A stretch of 64,000 nucleotides of DNA from Okamejei kenojei. Taxonomy: Eukaryota. Location of the stretch: assembly GCA_035221665.1 (NCBI GenBank), contig CM069146.1, forward strand, positions 58,342,001-58,406,000, read 5' to 3'. The translations under genes were made by a program, and so were the position numbers. Positions 1-13,800 of this stretch are shown one piece after another; position 1 is the stretch's first letter; each line of letters starts with the position of its first letter. The notes beneath the pieces were generated by a model that was not told the DNA's origin, ran no database searches, and was given only the letters and a program-made list of their open reading frames with translations.

Positions 1-74
1 CAGTTCAATGTAAGCAGCAAAAGTCTAACGCTTTGTACAAATCTATGAAGAACTACCTTTTTTTAAAATTGTGA

Positions 75-1115
75 CTAGACTAAGTGGGACCCATTGGGTC
101 CCAGCTTCACACGGGAGTGCTGGTCCCCCAACGCAATATTCCACCTCTCCACCAATTCCAATATAGTGGGGGGCTTTCTGGAGTGCTAGCATTGTGTTGT
201 GGGACAAAGAGACTGGTTTCCAGAGAGCTAGTATGGACATTGTGGGCCGAATGGATTCTTGGGCTGGCAGCTCAGTCACTGAGACCANNNNNNNNNNNNN
301 NNNNNNNNNNNNNNNNNNNNNNNNNNNNNNNNNNNNNNNNNNNNNNNNNNNNNNNNNNNNNNNNNNNNNNNNNNNNNNNNNNNNNNNNNNNNNNNNNNNN
401 NNNNNNNNNNNNNNNNNNNNNNNNNNNNNNNNNNNNNNACTTTCTTGAATACTCACACGGCTGAGCGCGGCCTCTCCACTTTGGGGCATCCGCAATCAGA
501 GTGACCTGTGCTCTTACCGGAAATTATGCAATCAGCGCGACCTCTGCACTCACGAGAAATTACGCAATCAGCGCGACCTGTCCACTAAGCGGAAGTCACA
601 AAATGAGCGGGACTTTTGAACCAAACACAGTCGGACCTAATAAAGCATTGCAGTTTCAACCACCGGCAGGGCAGCAGGCCAAATAACTCATGGCGTTGTC
701 ATTAAGGCCTAACAAATCATTTATTGCAAGTACATTGCAGACTCACAGCTCAGTTGATTTACAGCTTAGAATGAGAGTCGTGGCCTCTCCCTCGCGATGT
801 TGCAGAGTGACTGAGTCACATCCAGGCATCCGGGGTTTTATAGACCTGTGCCCCCTTTTCCCCCCCCCCCCCCCCCCCCTCCCCCCCCAGAAGGAGCATT
901 ACCTTCATCACGGTGATTGAAAGGCGAGAGCATCTCAAGGTTTTTTTAAACACTCATAACTTTACTTTTCATCGATGGGAAAAATCCTCGGGGCCTGCTC
1001 AGTGGAGGGGGTCTAAGATGGCCTAAAATCAAAGCGATATATGGTAGCATTTTTTTTTTAATCAATATACAGCGCAGCCAGGAAGTAGTCAAGATGAGAC
1101 TTTTAATTATATAGA
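75..1115 (-). mobile_element. Non-autonomous Helitron (spans the N-gap 288-438)
   Basis: On the - strand it starts TCTATATAATTAAAA at 1115 and ends CTAG at 78-75, inserted between A and T. Subterminal hairpin TGGGACCC-ATT-GGGTCCCA at 85-103. No Rep/helicase ORF. Confidence 0.8.
288..438. other. Assembly gap (N run)
   Basis: Run of N. Confidence 1.
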
Positions 1116-1567
1116 TAATTCACTAGGGATTAAACACTAATCTTGCTTGCAATCCTAGCTACTATATGTAGATTATATTTGAAGAAAATCTTCCCCGACT
1201 CTCAAACCAAATACAAATACTTTTAAAGTACTTTTGTATTTTGTAAATCCAAATCAAATGGATTTCAAAAATGCTCTCTTGATAAAGTAGAAGTTCAGTA
1301 AAAGTTGCGATCACTGTCGTACATATTGTAAGGCATCGTGCCCGTTGATGTTTTCAACAATGATGATGATAATTCTTGATAAATGTTATCTGATTTCTAA
1401 TCTGTTTTGTCACTAGAGGCAGTAAGAGGAAGAACACCGCACACACATCCCCTCTCAAACTCGACCCTCGCCGCGGCTGATCATTGTTATTCCAAATTTA
1501 TTAGATTGTCTCTATTTGGCAATAGATATCAGATTTTGATTATTCTGTAAGATTTCCTTGTGACATA

Positions 1568-3100
1568 CAGTGCCCTCCATAATGTTTGGGACAAAGACCC
1601 ATCATTTAATTATTTGCATAAATCATATGTGGTTAAGGTGCACATTGTCAGATTTTATTAAAGGGTATTTTTTATACCATGTAGAAATTACAGCTATGTT
1701 TATAGGCACTATAATGTTTGGGTCACATGGCTTCACAGGTGTTTGTATTTGCTAAGGTGTTTTTAAATGCCTCCTTAATGCAGGTATAAGGGAGCTCTCG
1801 GCACCTAGTCTTTCTAAACCTAACTTTATTGCTGTTTATCAACATGAGGACCAGAATTGTGCCAATGAAAGTCAAAGAAGCCATTATGAGACTGAGAAAC
1901 AAGAATAAAACTGTTAGAGACATCAGCCAAACCTTGGGCTTACCAAAATTAACTGTTTGGGACATATTTAAGAAGAAAGAGTGCACTGGTGAGCTTACTA
2001 ATCGCAAAGGAACTGACAGGCCAAGGAATACCTCCACAGCTGATGACAGAAGAATTCTCTCTATAATAAAGAAAAATCCCCAAACACTTGTCCTACAGAT
2101 CAGAAACACTCTTCAGGAGTCAGGTGTGGATTTGTCAATGACTACTGTCCTCAGAAGGCTACACTGCAAGATGCAAACCACTGGTTAGCCTCAAAAATAG
2201 GATGGCCAGGTTACAGTTTGCCAAGAAGTGTTAAAAGAGCAGCCACAATCCTGGAAAAAGGTATTGTGGACAGTTAACGAAGATTAACTTGCATCAGAGT
2301 GATGGCAAGAGCAAAGTATGGAGGAGAGAAGGAACTGCCCAAGATCCAAAGCATACCACCTCATCTGTGAAACACGGTGGTGGGGGGTGTTATGTCCTGG
2401 GCATGTATGGCTGCTGAAGGTACTGACTCACTTATCTTCATTGATGATACAACTGCTGATAGTAGTAGCATTATGAAATGTATAGACACATCCTATCTGC
2501 TCAACTTCAAACAAATGCCTCAAAACTCATTGGCCGGCGTTTCATTCTACAGCAAGACAATGATCCCAAACATAGTGCTAAAGCACCAAAGGAGCTTTTC
2601 AAAGTTAAACAATTGTCAATTCTTGAGTGGCCATGTTAATCACCCGATCTGAACCCAATTGAGCATGCCCTTTATATGCTGAAGAGAAAACTGAAGAGGA
2701 CTAGCCCCCAAAACAAGCATAAGCTAAAGATGGCTGCAATACAGGCATGGCAGAGCATCGCAAGAGAAGACACCCAGCAACTGGTGATGTCCATGAATCG
2801 CAGACTTCAAGCAGTCATTCAATGCAAAGGATATGCAACAAAATACTAAACATGACTACTTTCATTTACATGACATTGCTGTGTCCCAAACATTATTGTG
2901 CCCTGAAATGGGACTGCAAAACACTGCTGTAATTTATACATAGTGAAGCCAAAATGTGTAAAAATGGCCTTTATTAAAATCTGACAATGTGCACCTTAAC
3001 CACATGTGATTTTTTTTTCTATTATAAATCTTAACTTGTGGAGCACAGAGGCAAATAAATAAATGATGGGTCTTTGTCCCAAACATTACAGAGGGCACTG
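1568..3100 (+). mobile_element. Tc1/mariner DNA transposon (IR/DR type), defective transposase
   Basis: TA flanks (1566-67, 3101-02). TIRs CAGTGCCCTCCATAATGTTTGGGACAAAGACCCATCATTT / AAATGATGGGTCTTTGTCCCAAACATTACAGAGGGCACTG. Frameshifted transposase from about 1843 to 2850 (HTH region in ORF 1829-2188; GGVMSWACM, QQDNDPKH and PDLNPIE-like segments). Confidence 0.95.
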
Positions 3101-3794
3101 TATCATGCAATGTTTAAATGTGTTGGAAGGAACTGCAGATGCTGGTTTAAAGTGCTGGAGTGACTCGGCAGGACAGGCAGCATCTCAGGAGAAGGAATGG
3201 GTGACATTTCGGGACGAGACCCTTCAGTCTGAAATGCTGCCTGTCCCGCTGAGTTACTCCAGCTTATTGTATCTATGGAATTTTTTGAATAATCTGGAAA
3301 TTTTTCATCAAATTCAGTTCTGTAAATCTAATTTAGTGTTTAATTCAATTGGTCAAAAATCATGTGAATTAACTTGATAAAGAAATTATCGATTAGAATT
3401 TTCAGAAAGAGCAGTACAACATTTTAACCCAAAGATGTGGTATGCCATAGGGAAAACAAGGATGAATGAATAATTTTAATCTGACCTATCAGCCTTGGGT
3501 CAGACATGAAACTAAACTAAACTAAAACTAAAGGCTTCTGGAATCTCTTAATTGTTCTAAAGTACTTCATAGCCACTTTTTATTTCTCGGATGAAATGAT
3601 ATGTTGAAACGGCTCCTGTTTTCATTTAAATGTCCCATCATTCCGCTTCTGTCCACTCAATGTGTCAAAGAGCTGTACTGTTTTATCCACAAGATTATTT
3701 TCCTAGGGTGCCACTTCCCTCCTTTCAAATTTTCTGAACAAGCAAAATATTAAATAAGTACAGCTGAACCAAAACACTAATTACTCAACAAATG

Positions 3795-4128
3795 ACCTGG
3801 ATGTGGAGAGGATGTTTCTACTAGTGGGAGAGTCTAGGACTAGGGTGACAGCCTCAGAATTAAAAGACATTCCTTTAGGAAGTAGATGAGAAATAATTTA
3901 TTTAGTCAGAGGGTGGTGAATCTGTGGAATTCTTTGCCACAGAAGGCTGTGGAGGCCGTCAATGGATATTTTTAAAGCAGAGATAGATTCTTGATCTGTA
4001 CAGGTGTCAGGGGTTAAGGGGAGAAGGCAGGAATGGGGTTAGTTGGGGGAGACAGATCAGCCATGATTGAATGGCGGAGTAGACTTGATGGCCTAATTCT
4101 GCTCCTATTTCTTATGACCTTATGATCT
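3795..4128 (+). mobile_element. CR1/HER1 LINE 3' fragment
   Basis: Typical 3' end (GAGGGTGGTGAATCTGTGGAATTC...GATCAGCCATGATTGAATGGCGG) with a CTTATGA-type tail; related copies at 8.8, 20.1, 21.5 and 35.9 kb. Confidence 0.8.
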
Positions 4129-5291
4129 TATAACCTCTGGGATTATTTTATATACTACACGTTCATATACTCATGAAAATATACTTGAGGAAACTGCGGA
4201 GGAAGTGAAGCAATATACACCTTCAAGTTGAAAAGTTTATTGCTCCTGATTAGATACGAGAACATAACAACCTGATATTCAAGAACAAGAATCTTAAAAT
4301 AAAGTGCAGAAAATGTGGCTCTATCATTTAAACAGTAACATTCAACTGTGGAACATTTTACAATTTGATAAAATGATTTTTGAAGTGACATGGAATGTTG
4401 ACCAACCTATTTTAAGTAATTTTACCTAATCTAGTTTAAATGAGCCTGACACTAACCTTATTAGTTAATAATTAGCAAGAAAGGAATCCGCAAATGTATT
4501 TTAAAACATTCAGTGTCAAACAAATCTCCGGTGCTGAAAATAATGTTTCACTTTTCACTGGCTTCTAATGATGTACCTTGTTAATGTACAGATAAAATAA
4601 CAGTTCTAGTGCATCTATTTTATAGAAATGAGTGATCTGAGATTTGGAATATTTTAATATTTTAAATTGGAGGAAGGTATGAGTTTCAGAGACTTCAAGG
4701 TACACATTGCTTTAGTTTGCAAATAATGTACGGAGGTGGAGACCTTTGAATGTTGCAAGCATGATTTTTTTTTTTTTTTTTTTTTTTTTAATGTAGGAAA
4801 CTCAGGAGTTTCTAGTTAAAATTGTGTTTTTAAAGAAATCTCTACTTCCATCAAAGGACATGCCACCCTTCCATCACCCCGCCATGCCAGATTACAGAGG
4901 TGTGTAAATACTTGCTCTGAAGAATTCAATGTCCCTGGTTTGGCATTCTTGGACCAGTGAAATAGAGTGGAATATTTTAACTGCACTGAGATGTAAAATA
5001 GGGAATATTTTTTTATTTGGTTTACGTCATTACTAAATTTAAGGTAAACTAGCCTCTATCTTCCTAACACAAATTGAAAGAGACTTGGTTCCCATCTTCA
5101 GCTGGCTGTCTGCTCTGAAACATCACAGAAGGATTGAAAATTCAGCATCTGTCCAAAGTACTCATTTCATACATTTAAGAATTATTTGCAAAATATATAT
5201 GTATTTTGATAGGACTATTAGTTTTCATGGATATTTTATATCATGAAATTGTATTTTGATAAATTAATATAAAGTTTGCTTTTCTTTTCAG

Positions 5292-5411
5292 ACATGTCAA
5301 TTTGGTGATTCGAGTATTTTGTCAAGTTCTCCAAGCATACACAACTCTGTAGGCCTGGCAATAAAAGCACCAACCGATGAATGTACCTCGTCCTCATCAC
5401 ACCACCACAAG
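5292..5411 (+). CDS. DCP1A: mRNA-decapping enzyme 1A, internal exon
   Basis: TTTTCAG acceptor, GTAATT donor, 120 nt. Encodes TCQFGDSSILSSSPS..., resembling QMGDSNISSP of vertebrate DCP1A. Phase 0 joins the next exon. Confidence 0.8.
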
Positions 5412-6545
5412 GTAATTGGACATGGTCTCAATTATAACTCCTCGCATGTAGATGACACTATTGCAATGCGACAATGAGGTTCACCAGAGTAATCTCAAAC
5501 AATCTCAACAATCTCAAACAGAACCACATAAAGTGGTATCGAGCAAGTCAAGGAGACATCTTTAAGTGGGGTATGTACAGTGATGATGTACAGTCAGGGT
5601 CTTTTAAGATGGTAAATCCAGAAAACAACATTTGCAATTTAAATCTGGGTGATTAAAAGTGTGTAGTTTGTAGGTTATAGAACTGAAAAAAAAGCTTGTG
5701 TGATGGATGAGGTGTTTGAAAGCAGAATAAGAATATTAGAATCAAGGTGTGTCTTGGATATCTGGTACCTCTTGTAGGCAGTGGTGATATTTGCATGGGA
5801 CTTGATGTAAAGGAGGATTCAAGAACATTGTGCAAAGTGCAAGTGAGGCACAAGACATTTGATGGCGTGGAGACATTGGATAGCAGTCTGGGTGGATTCA
5901 AGGGTTGGAATCTTGGGTCAGATAATCTCCTTCAACCTCTGATGTGGAATCTGGGTGGGAACTGTTGTGGACAGAGTTTATGGCTGTGCCCAGAGGTACA
6001 CCAGACTTGATTCTTCTGGGCTCTAACATGCTGCTGTGTAGGGGAACTACCGGAGTGGATAGTTTTTTGGATGCACGGGTATTGTGCATCAAAGAATCCT
6101 GAATCCTGATTGTGTAGAGAAACTATACATGAACAATAAAATTGCACACGGTGGCAGGAGCCCAAAGCTGTGGTGCCAATGCCCAAAAGGCCTTTCTCAC
6201 TGGTAGCTGAGGTGCAGACTGACCCTTTAACTTAAACTGGAGCCAGTCTTTGCCCCCTGGTTATTTGTGATGAAATATTTTATCATGCAATCCACAACTG
6301 ACCACACTGCCCCTAATGTGACAGATCCTCAAAGAGCCCAAGAAAATATCCCGATGAACGCCAAATGTGCACAGTGGTGTCAAAGTGATTATTTTGTTTT
6401 AAACCCAAAACCGATCAAATCGTACTAAATGTTGTACACTTGACTTACTAGCCTAGTGGTGTTTGGTCTTCACTATTTAATGAAGAAATAACCTGCTCCA
6501 CCAGTGCAAGCAAACATTTTAAACTGTGCCTTTTTTATCTTGCAG

Positions 6546-7257
6546 AATAATCTCTCAGGTGCCAAGCACTTGACTGTAGAGGAATTATTTGGCGCCCCTG
6601 TCGCAAAAGAACAATTGATAAACCCTAATCATGATGTGGTGTTGACATCTCAGCAAGATGCTAAGTTGGGAAGCCAGAACTTGATGCAACCCTTCACGTA
6701 CGAACAATCTACAGATAAACACTTCGGGAGCCCCGAGAGTCTAAATAACAAAAGTAGTTTTACTCGATTGAAGTGCCAGGAGGCTTCCTCGGAAGTGCTC
6801 GTGACACCGGCAGCTCTCCAGAAAACTGAGAAAACTAAGCGCATGTACAATGCTTGTAGCAGTCCCCATATTCTTACTTCCCTAAATTTTGAAGCTACTG
6901 CAAATCAGACCGCATCCACCATCAGTACAAATGGTCACAGTCAGAGATTACAACAGGAAGTCAAAACTATTTCGCCACTTATGATGTGCCCACTTTCCTC
7001 AGATGCAGCGTGTGCTCATCAGAATACATCCTCAGCGGGGAGCCCGCCTTCACAGACAGCCACTGGTGATAGAACCACTTCAGATATTCCATCCCAAGGT
7101 CATGAACTGCTTCAGAAACTCAAACTCGCACATCCACATGATCAGCTGCACCAGACTCTTCGGCAAACCCTCCTTAGCTGCAAATTTTTCTCCACTGCTT
7201 GTAACACCAGAGTGCTTTAAAGAACCAAATGTAAAAACTACAGAGGTCTCTTTGCAG
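6546..7257 (+). CDS. DCP1A: DCP1A large central exon (apparent +1 frameshift near 7161)
   Basis: TGCAG acceptor. Motifs KHLTVEELFG, ISPLM and ELLQKLKL..HDQ; after a shift at about 7161 it continues GKPSLAANFSPLLVTPECFKEP to a phase-0 donor CAG|GTACAA. Confidence 0.9.
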
Positions 7258-8146
7258 GTACAAATTGTTGAATTATATAATTTAAACTACAACACGAGAC
7301 TTTGTTACACCACCGGTCAGAGTCGCGTTCAATATTAAAATGAAAGGATTGTGAGATGGAGGTGAGGGAAGTAGAGCACAGAGTGTACAGGGATTTTGGG
7401 AACCATGGACAATGATTCTGTACAGTGAACATACTCCAATAAGGGCCAGTGCTGTGTCTCTTGATGCTGTGGAAACACTAAGTTTGAGGAGCACGAAGGG
7501 TAGTGCAAGAAGAACGTTTTCTGTCCTGGCTCTACAGGGACATAGAGGATGATAAGCAGACAGCCTGATAATAAATACAATAAAAGGCCTACCCTTGTTT
7601 ACTGGCAGTTTGGGTCAGCATCGTGCACATAGTCGGGGCTGTGTTGCATAATCTGGTGACAAGAGTTTTTGGTCAAGTGGAAAATGTAAGGTTGTGTTGT
7701 GTCACTGGCAGGAATATTCCAGAATACATCAAGGAATGTGTCAGCAGGAAGCCGTTAATTACAGACAAGCCACAGGAGTTTACACACAAGGCATGAAGTG
7801 TGGATAAAGTACCAGTTGCATATGAGTGAACCCACTAATTATTCTGCAACAAAATATTTCACTGTTCATTTTGCATTTTGATCAGCATATCAGTGTTCCA
7901 TACTTGAATTTAGCATTTTAGCGATAAACTAAATTCAAGCTTACGATCCATGATTAGAAAAATCAGATTCCACAATATAGGGTCATAGTGTAGTACTGCG
8001 TGCAAACAGGCCCTTCAGCCCAACTTGCCCACAATGACCAACATGCCCCAATACTAGTCCCAACTGCCTGCGTATGATGGTATAAATCAGGTAAATGTTT
8101 GTTTTCCACGTGTATCTGGCTGCCAGATCTGTGTGTTCATTTCCAG

Positions 8147-8356
8147 GTTGTTCTCACGCCAACCACCTCTGCAATGGGCCCGTCTATGCTTCTGTCTCCC
8201 AGTATGTTCAAACAGTCAGCAGGAGCAATGTCAGAAGCTGAGGGCAAGTATGCTTCTGCTTCACCTTTAACGTTAGCAACAGAGGCCCGATCTTCACCCT
8301 TGCCCACTGTTCTCAGCAAGACTCAGCTTCAGGAAACACTAACTCATCTAATAAAG
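8147..8356 (+). CDS. DCP1A: DCP1A penultimate exon
   Basis: TTCCAG acceptor, GTAATG donor, 210 nt. LLSPSMF motif and LSKTQLQETLTHLIK, the start of the trimerization domain. Confidence 0.93.
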
Positions 8357-8825
8357 GTAATGTTACTTGCATATGAACAGCGTTATCTTGACCAGTAATG
8401 CAACGTGTACTAATAATTGAAATGCCTTGTCCCTCTGCTTCACCTACAGTGATGTCTAACATTGCACGTCTTCGCATTAAGTGGTGACGTTCTCTTCAGA
8501 GCCGATCAACAGTTCCCCCAAAGGAAACCTGTGTGATCTTTCTCCATACTTCCTTCACCTGTCAACATCTGTGGAATAATCATTTGCATTGTATCCTAAG
8601 AGTGTGTGTGTGTCAAATTTCTCATTCTCTCCCACAGAGTGTGCGTCATATTTCTCATTCTCTCCCACAGTGTGCAAGGGGATGGTTGTTTCCGTGTTTG
8701 AGTGATGAAGAAATGCTGTCGAGCTTGTGAAGTTCCTTGCCAAATTCCAGAATAGCATGTAGCAAGCCCCAACTCTTTGTTACATTTGAGTCTGAGGAAT
8801 AATTGACTTTTCAATGCCACATTGC

Positions 8826-9222
8826 TGATAAGGGATTTGGGAGTGCTGGTGCAGGATTCCCAAAATGTTAATCTGCTAGTCAAATCGGTAGTAAAGAAAG
8901 CAAACTCAATGTTAGCATTTATTTTGAGAGGGCTTGTATACAAAAATAAGGATGTAATGCTGAGGCTCTTTAAGGTGCAGGTCATGGCACATTTGGAATA
9001 TTGTAAGCAATCTGTGGAATTCTTTGCCACAGAAGGCTGTGGAGGCCAAGTTAGTGGATATTTTTAAGGCAGAGATAGATAGATTTTTGATTAGTACGGG
9101 TATCAGAGGTTATGGGCAGGAGAATAGGGTTAGGAGGGAGAGATAGATCAGCCATGATTGAATGGCAGAGTAGACCTGATGGGCCGAATGGCCTAATTCT
9201 ACTCCTATCATTTATGACCTCA
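8826..9222 (+). mobile_element. CR1 LINE 3' fragment with internal deletion
   Basis: RDLGVLV..VVKKANSMLAFI..HLEYC RT C-terminal remnant followed by a CR1 tail. Confidence 0.85.
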
Positions 9223-9673
9223 TAAAATGCTCCACCATTGTATTTCTAGGCCAGTGTTTTCATTCAATATTAACCATGATTCTTAAAGAAAAGAGCTTGT
9301 CAGTTAAAAGGAAAATTCCCCAATGCATGGGATAATAACTGAAAGAACAGAACTAGCAGCAATCAGCATAAATTGACATAATTACATATGTTTGTAATTA
9401 TTGTCTTTCTACTGACTGGTCAGCACGCAACAAACATTTTTCACTGTACCTAAGTACACGAGACAATAAACTCAACTAAACAATGCAACTAGAGAGCCAT
9501 TGCCTCAATGTTTTCAATGTGCAGGGCACCTGAGACCGCGTCTCCCAGCAACACCAGGCAACTCGCCAGTGAATACAATAAAAATGGGAGGATGTTACTT
9601 TACAGCATTGTTCCTTTAGCCAAGATCCAGTTGTAGTTTTGTCTCTTTCGCCATTCGTCTTTTCGCCCAGAGT

Positions 9674-10130
9674 ACTCAAGGAGGTGGACCTAGAAATCAT
9701 GGATGATTGGTGATCATTTTCCAATGTTCTATAGACTCTGGATCAGTTCTGGACGGGTGGGAAACTAATGTAACTCCACTTTTTAAAAAAGGAGGAAGAG
9801 AGAAAACGGGGAATTATAGACCAGTTAGCCTTACATCGGTAGTGAGGAAGATACTTCAGTTGATTATTAAAGAGGTAACAGCAGTACATTTGGAAAGCAG
9901 TGATCGGATCGTCAAAGTCAGCATGGATTTATGATGGGGCAATCATGCTCGACTAACCTGGAATTTTTTGAGGATGTAACAAGTAGAATGGATAAGGGAG
10001 AGTCAATGGATGTGGTGTATCTGGACTTGGCAGAATTAGAGCTCATGGTATTGGGGTTAGGGTATTGACATGGATAGAGAACTGGTTGACAGACAGAATG
10101 CATAGAGTAGGAATTAACGGGTCCTTTTCC
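9674..10130 (+). mobile_element. CR1 LINE RT fragment
   Basis: NVTPLFKKGGREKTGNYRPVSLTSVV and later EFFEDVTSRMDKGES remnants. Confidence 0.85.
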
Positions 10131-10817
10131 TTACACGGTACACTGTGGATGGCTCGATTGTAATCGTGTATTGTCTTTCCGCTGACTGGTCAGCACGAAA
10201 CAAAAGCTTTTCACTGTACCTCAGTACACATGACAATAAACTAAACTGAACTGAACTGGAATATAGAACAGGACATCACCAAACAGGCCCTTTGGCCCAC
10301 AATGTCTATGCCAAACACAATGCCAAGACCAACTCTTATGAACCTGCATATAATCCATATTCCTCCATTCTCTGCATATCCACGTGCCTATCCAAAAGTA
10401 TTTTAAATACCGCTATTGTATCTGCTTCCACCACCACTGCCCATGGCAACATGTTCCAGGCACCCACTACTCTCCTTATAATAAAAAAAATTAAAAAATT
10501 CCTCACACATCTTCAAACTTTGCCCCTCTCATCCTAAAGCTATGCCCTCTAGTATTTGATACTTCTATCCTGGGAATACATCAAAATTACAGAATCGATA
10601 ATTGGGCACTTCCTATAATGTTTAGATTAAAAACAAAATGTTTAATTCAATATCTCATACAAGATCACACCGCAAGAAGGCTATGCAAGATCAAAATTGT
10701 TGACCTAAGGGCACCCAATGAAGCTGAAAGATTGCCATGATCTGGTATCTTCAAGGGAAAATTGGGGCAATCCATGAGGTTCAAGTAAAGCTAACATAGC
10801 AAAGGATAAATGTTTTC

Positions 10818-13800
10818 AATCTTACAATTTTACTTCGGAGTCACGTGAGTGACTACGTGAAGAAGGCCCGCCTGGCGCTGGAGCGGCATTACGTCGACGC
10901 TGACGGCAGAAGCAGGAGCTGCACAGACAGCTCCTCGACAGCGGTAGGTTCGGAACCGGCAGGTAAGTGCAGTTGAAAAAATTTTTTAGGAAGTCTGCAA
11001 AACTCCGTGCCTGGTGGGTTGAACCAGGATTTTAAAGGTTTTAAAAAAAACAAAGTAAAAGTTTAAATTGAACAGAAATACTCTGTTAAAAACAACGGAG
11101 TTTTGAAAAGAACGTCCCAGGGGAATACCCAGCGATCGGGACGAGAGATTAATTACGGGGCCGGTTCCGATACTGGTACCGTTAAAAATACGGTAGAGAG
11201 GTTAAAATGCTCCACAATCTTTTGGTAGGAAATTTTAAAAGTCAGAAAGACTGTAATTTAAGAAGATAATAAATTTTGCGATATGGAGAAAGTACTCCAA
11301 AATATAAAAAAGAGACAAGGGTCACAGTACCCAAACAGTTCCCCAAAAAAGACCCTGAGGGGCTTGAATATACAAAATATGGCTATGTGCCAAATTGAGA
11401 ATTTGAAACTCCGGACCCAGGATTAGGGTGGAGGAAGTCTCTTTGGATATAATTCCAAGTGGATCAGGGCTGCAAAAGACAGACCCTGCAAGTGGTGATG
11501 TGAATTATGAATGCACACCACAAATAAAAAGAGAGGCCAGATGTGCCTGAGATAGCAAAATATTTTGCTATATCTAAAGGAAGTGGTGAGGCTATGGAAG
11601 AAAACCTAGCTGCCAACATTAATTATATGGTATCTCACCAACTTCAAGAATACGATAAAACTTTTATGTTTTATTAAAATATCAACGGTAAATCCGTTTA
11701 TAATATCCATGTCTCAAATAATATGAGATATAAGAAATACAATTTCAAAGTATTTCAAAATGGTGCAAATAAGTAATACTTTCAAAATAAAATAAATTGC
11801 CATCAGTTGTGGAGCTCAATGGGAAGAAATATATATAATTTACCAAATCTGCACTATAGGTTCGCAGATCAATACAAATCAGGATATATTAAACTCCTGA
11901 TTATTATGGAATAAACCTGCCTTATGATAAATTAAAGATATTAATTACAAAAGAACAGACTACTGATCTTTAAACTTTGGGGAAAACTATGATCCAATGA
12001 AAAATTTGATAATGGATCAAAACAAAGGCAGAAGTGGTATAATCCAAACATAGCCTTATCCAAACCTATATAATTGGGGAAAAGAAGGCTTGAAGTACGT
12101 TGAAGAGGTGCAAACATCTGGTTACAAAATAAGTTCATGAAATCTCCAATTATGGGGGATTACAGGTGTATTATGATTGTTAATATAACTAAGGAAGGAT
12201 TGGTTCACCTGTATAAGAAAACTTTAAAAATTGATTTCAGGTTTGCACTCAAAAGTAAATTTTAATAAGAAGGGGTACGTACATGTATATTATAAAATTA
12301 CCTCAGTGTAAAGATTTCATGGTATAAACCATACAAAACATCATTATATTTACACTTTCACAGTGTAAGAAAATGGAAACATCTAGAACATGGAAAAACT
12401 GTTGTGATTAACAAAGTGTTAATCAATATTACAGGTGCTTGAAATTAATTAAAGTGGGTCAAGCTGTGCAAGTTAAAACATTGTCCAAACAATCAAATCA
12501 GTTCAAGGCTGTTAAACCGAACACTGAAGGAACAATTATACTGATAAAAGATCAGCACTTGCACTAATGAGGTCATGGTCATGGGTTATCTCGATTACAT
12601 TTAAATTGGAAGAGATAAGAGCAGCTGCAAATTAGTGCCTGCAATTACAAACCTGGTGGTAGGTAAGGACCTGACCCATTACATAAAGCATATGCTTAGG
12701 CATTAATAAAATATTTATAAATTACTATTCTGAATTTAGAAGTAATTCAAGCACCATAAGAGAGGGGGAAAATTGTTCCATGATACAAATATGTCTAATT
12801 GTTGTTGACATACTTTGTCCCTCCATTAGGTTAGGTAAAAAAAAAATAATAATAAAATAAATAAATAAAGTTCCAAAAGAAGGAATACAGAAGCTTATAA
12901 GAATATGTATGCCTTGTGAAGAGGCTTATGCAAAATATCAAATGATACGTTATCATTATTAAAGTAATGTAAAAAAGGTTCATAAGCTGCTTCAACTATA
13001 AGATTAACAGCTGTTGCAAACTGAAGCAAGTGTTACAGATGATGTACAGCTTCTGTGAATGTTTGGGTAAAGATAAGAATATTATCTATTCTTATAACAA
13101 TAATTGATATGTCTCTTGTTCGGACTGCAGACAATAATACCAGGTGAACATAAATGGTTTGTCCTAAGAAATGTTCTAAACATTCGTATTAATTGTTGAA
13201 GTATAAGGAGTTATGGATTAAAGATCGATTGTTTTATTATGGAACTGTCCATGTCGTATCAAGATGAACAATACCACGGCTGTGGCATATGTTAACAATG
13301 GTATCGGAGACAACAAATTTGGGAGAAAAACATATTGTCATTATTTTGCATTACTTACGATTAATCTGGTTGTATACAGATTAAATCACTGATCTTTCAA
13401 ATGTTTCTTGTGGGTCACAAGATAAGTCAAATAACAATCATGGGATTATCTAAGTAAACAGATGTGGCATATTTTAAAGTTTAGTCCACCTGTTTATCTC
13501 TAAGGAAGAGACAATGGTATCGGAAGACAACAAATTTGGGAGAAAAAACATATTGTCATTAATATGGATTACTTACGATTAATCTGATTGCATACAGATT
13601 AAATCACCGATCTTTCGAATATTTCTTGTGGGTAAACCAAGAACAGCGAAGGTGGATGCTTTTCTCCCAATTACATGAGGAAAAGATTTCTTTGTGTTCC
13701 TCATTTTTGTTTAATAGGGCAGTGTCTGATGAAAATGTAGCGGGACACTGCCAGAGGCATTTTGGTGGCCTAATACGGGTCCTTTATGGTTTCATAAATA

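Noticed and set aside
43-495. ORFs spanning the first N-gap
   Set aside because: Artefacts of Ns inside a Helitron.
7712-7790. Possible small DCP1A exon (mammals have one here)
   Set aside because: No recognisable similarity, only a GC-type donor, and 7257 already joins 8147 in frame.
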